From an uncultured Gammaproteobacteria bacterium (lineage in GTDB: Bacteria; Pseudomonadota; Gammaproteobacteria; Pseudomonadales; Porticoccaceae), in assembly GCA_942492235.1 (NCBI GenBank), contig CALODO010000004.1, positions 85,571-149,570 on the forward strand: 64,000 bases of DNA, written 5' to 3'. Of this stretch, positions 62,799-64,000 are shown one piece after another. How positions within the stretch are numbered: the first letter of the stretch is position 1; every line of letters starts with the position of its first letter. Made by a program: the position numbers and the translations under genes. A model generated the notes under the pieces. It had not been told where the DNA came from. It saw nothing but the letters and a program-made list of their open reading frames with translations, and made no database searches.

Positions 62799-63755
62799 TT
62801 AATAATTGTAGTTATGCTGCTCGAAAAACTCAGCGAGTACTTTATCGGCACCCTTATCAAGTAAGCGTTCGGCAAGCCTGACTCCCAGCTCCTCGCCCAA
62901 GCCCGCCTCGCCTCTTAATGCGTCAGATAAAATAATTCGACCATCGACAGAACCGACCAGGGCCCGCAGAAAAATCTTCTTGTCGGTAATTTCACCGTAG
63001 CATGCAACAGGTACCTGACAACCACCATCCAGGCGACGATTCACCGCCCGTTCAGCCTGGACAGCAAGAGCAGTCTGCGGGTCATGTAGTCGCTCAATCA
63101 GCGAGATTGTCTGATCATCCTCGGCGCGGCATTCGATCCCGAGCGCGCCTTGCCCAGCGGCTGGCAAAGACGTTTCGACGGGGATTTTCTGCTGAATTCG
63201 AGAAGTCATATTCAGCCTCAGCAGACCTGCGGTGGCGAGAATGATGGCCTCGTAGTCACCATTATCGAGTTTCGACAACCGAGTATTCACATTACCCCGT
63301 AAATCACGAATATCCAGATTCGGATACTGAGCCCGTAGCTGGCATTGCCTGCGCAGACTCGATGTGCCCACCCGAGCACCAGGAGGGAGACTGTCCAAAT
63401 CCCCATATTGCTGACTGACTAAGGCATCGCGGGGGTCTTCTCGTGGGCAATACACGGGCAAAATTAAACCTTCAGGTAATTCCATAGGCACATCTTTCAT
63501 TGAGTGCACAGCAATATCAGCCTCATCCTCAAGCAGCGCAACTTCAAGCTCTTTAACAAACAGGCCCTTGCCACCTACTTTGGACAGAGCCGTATCAAGA
63601 ATACGATCACCTTGTGTTGTAAAACCAATGATCATGACATCCAGCCCAACATGGACTGACTCAAGTGCGCTTTTCACATAATTTGCCTGCCACAATGCCA
63701 GCGGGCTATTGCGGCTGGCAATGCGCAGAATTTGACGCTGAGGAGAGGCTGTCAT
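62799..63755 (-). CDS. hemC: hydroxymethylbilane synthase (porphobilinogen deaminase)
   Basis: 318 aa. [42 protein letters not shown], and the dipyrromethane Cys context (DGGCQVPVA). Confidence 0.95.
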   Translation of the reverse strand: MTASPQRQILRIASRNSPLALWQANYVKSALESVHVGLDVMIIGFTTQGDRILDTALSKVGGKGLFVKELEVALLEDEADIAVHSMKDVPMELPEGLILPVYCPREDPRDALVSQQYGDLDSLPPGARVGTSSLRRQCQLRAQYPNLDIRDLRGNVNTRLSKLDNGDYEAIILATAGLLRLNMTSRIQQKIPVETSLPAAGQGALGIECRAEDDQTISLIERLHDPQTALAVQAERAVNRRLDGGCQVPVACYGEITDKKIFLRALVGSVDGRIILSDALRGEAGLGEELGVRLAERLLDKGADKVLAEFFEQHNYNY

Positions 63756-63899
63756 TTACGGTTTATCCAGATCAAAGGGTTTTTCAGCCAGCTTCGCCAA
63801 CCAGGCCAACACACATGCCGTCAAAAAGGTCGGACTTTTACGGAAAATTCAGACAATCAACAAAGCCACAAGATTCTCGGCAAAATGATAACAGATCGA

Positions 63900-64000
63900 T
63901 TAGAGATGCTCGATTAGCTTTCGGACAATGGTCGCATGACGACGGCTCACCTGTGGGGTGATATCGAGTCCGTTGAGGCGAATGAAATTTTGTCCATCCG
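63900..64000 (-). CDS. 3' end of a LytTR-type response regulator gene (AlgR-like), truncated by the window edge
   Basis: The minus-strand frame reads ...DGQNFIRLNGLDITPQVSRRHATIVRKLIEHL*, a typical LytTR C-terminus. algR precedes hemC in Pseudomonas. Only 32 codons are visible. Confidence 0.45.
   Translation of the reverse strand, partial: DGQNFIRLNGLDITPQVSRRHATIVRKLIEHL

Overview
This is a chromosomal segment of a gammaproteobacterium. Its core gene order resembles Pseudomonas and the marine Cellvibrionales/Oceanospirillales: uvrA; cca; folK-folB; tsaD/rpsU-yqeY-dnaG-rpoD-tRNA(CAU); orn/rsgA-psd; hemE-gltDB-aroBK-pilQPONM/ponA; cysQ-nudE/yrfG-hslR-hslO-pckA; hemYXDC plus the 3' end of an AlgR-like gene. 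About 55 protein genes and one tRNA are supported. Coding density is high, and most long antisense ORFs in the track are shadow ORFs. I saw no CRISPR array, IS element, integrase, prophage or recognisable defence gene. Three regions are non-core. (i) 1-6.8 kb is a tightly overlapping glycan-assembly operon. It is AT-rich up to about 5.3 kb. It carries two sulfotransferase-fold genes, a DegT aminotransferase, two GT2 paralogues, a WbqC-like gene and the priming phosphoglycosyl transferase, so it is a candidate sulfated surface-polysaccharide locus cut off by the window start. (ii) 21.0-25.7 kb holds an orphan oxygenase module: luciferase-like monooxygenase (LLM), alpha/beta hydrolase and a LuxAB-like LLM, divergent from a Rieske oxygenase. 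No reductase, regulator or transporter is nearby. (iii) 27.9-31.8 kb holds a BKACE / acyl-CoA dehydrogenase / acyl-CoA synthetase module. Sequence-level oddities: psd is interrupted by an apparent 1-nt insertion; an HD-GYP protein has degenerate metal-binding motifs (KD...HAERHNGQGFP); UvrA has a 41-aa basic tail; DnaG has a long low-complexity linker. Functional calls rest on motif recognition and remembered homologues, not on database searches.
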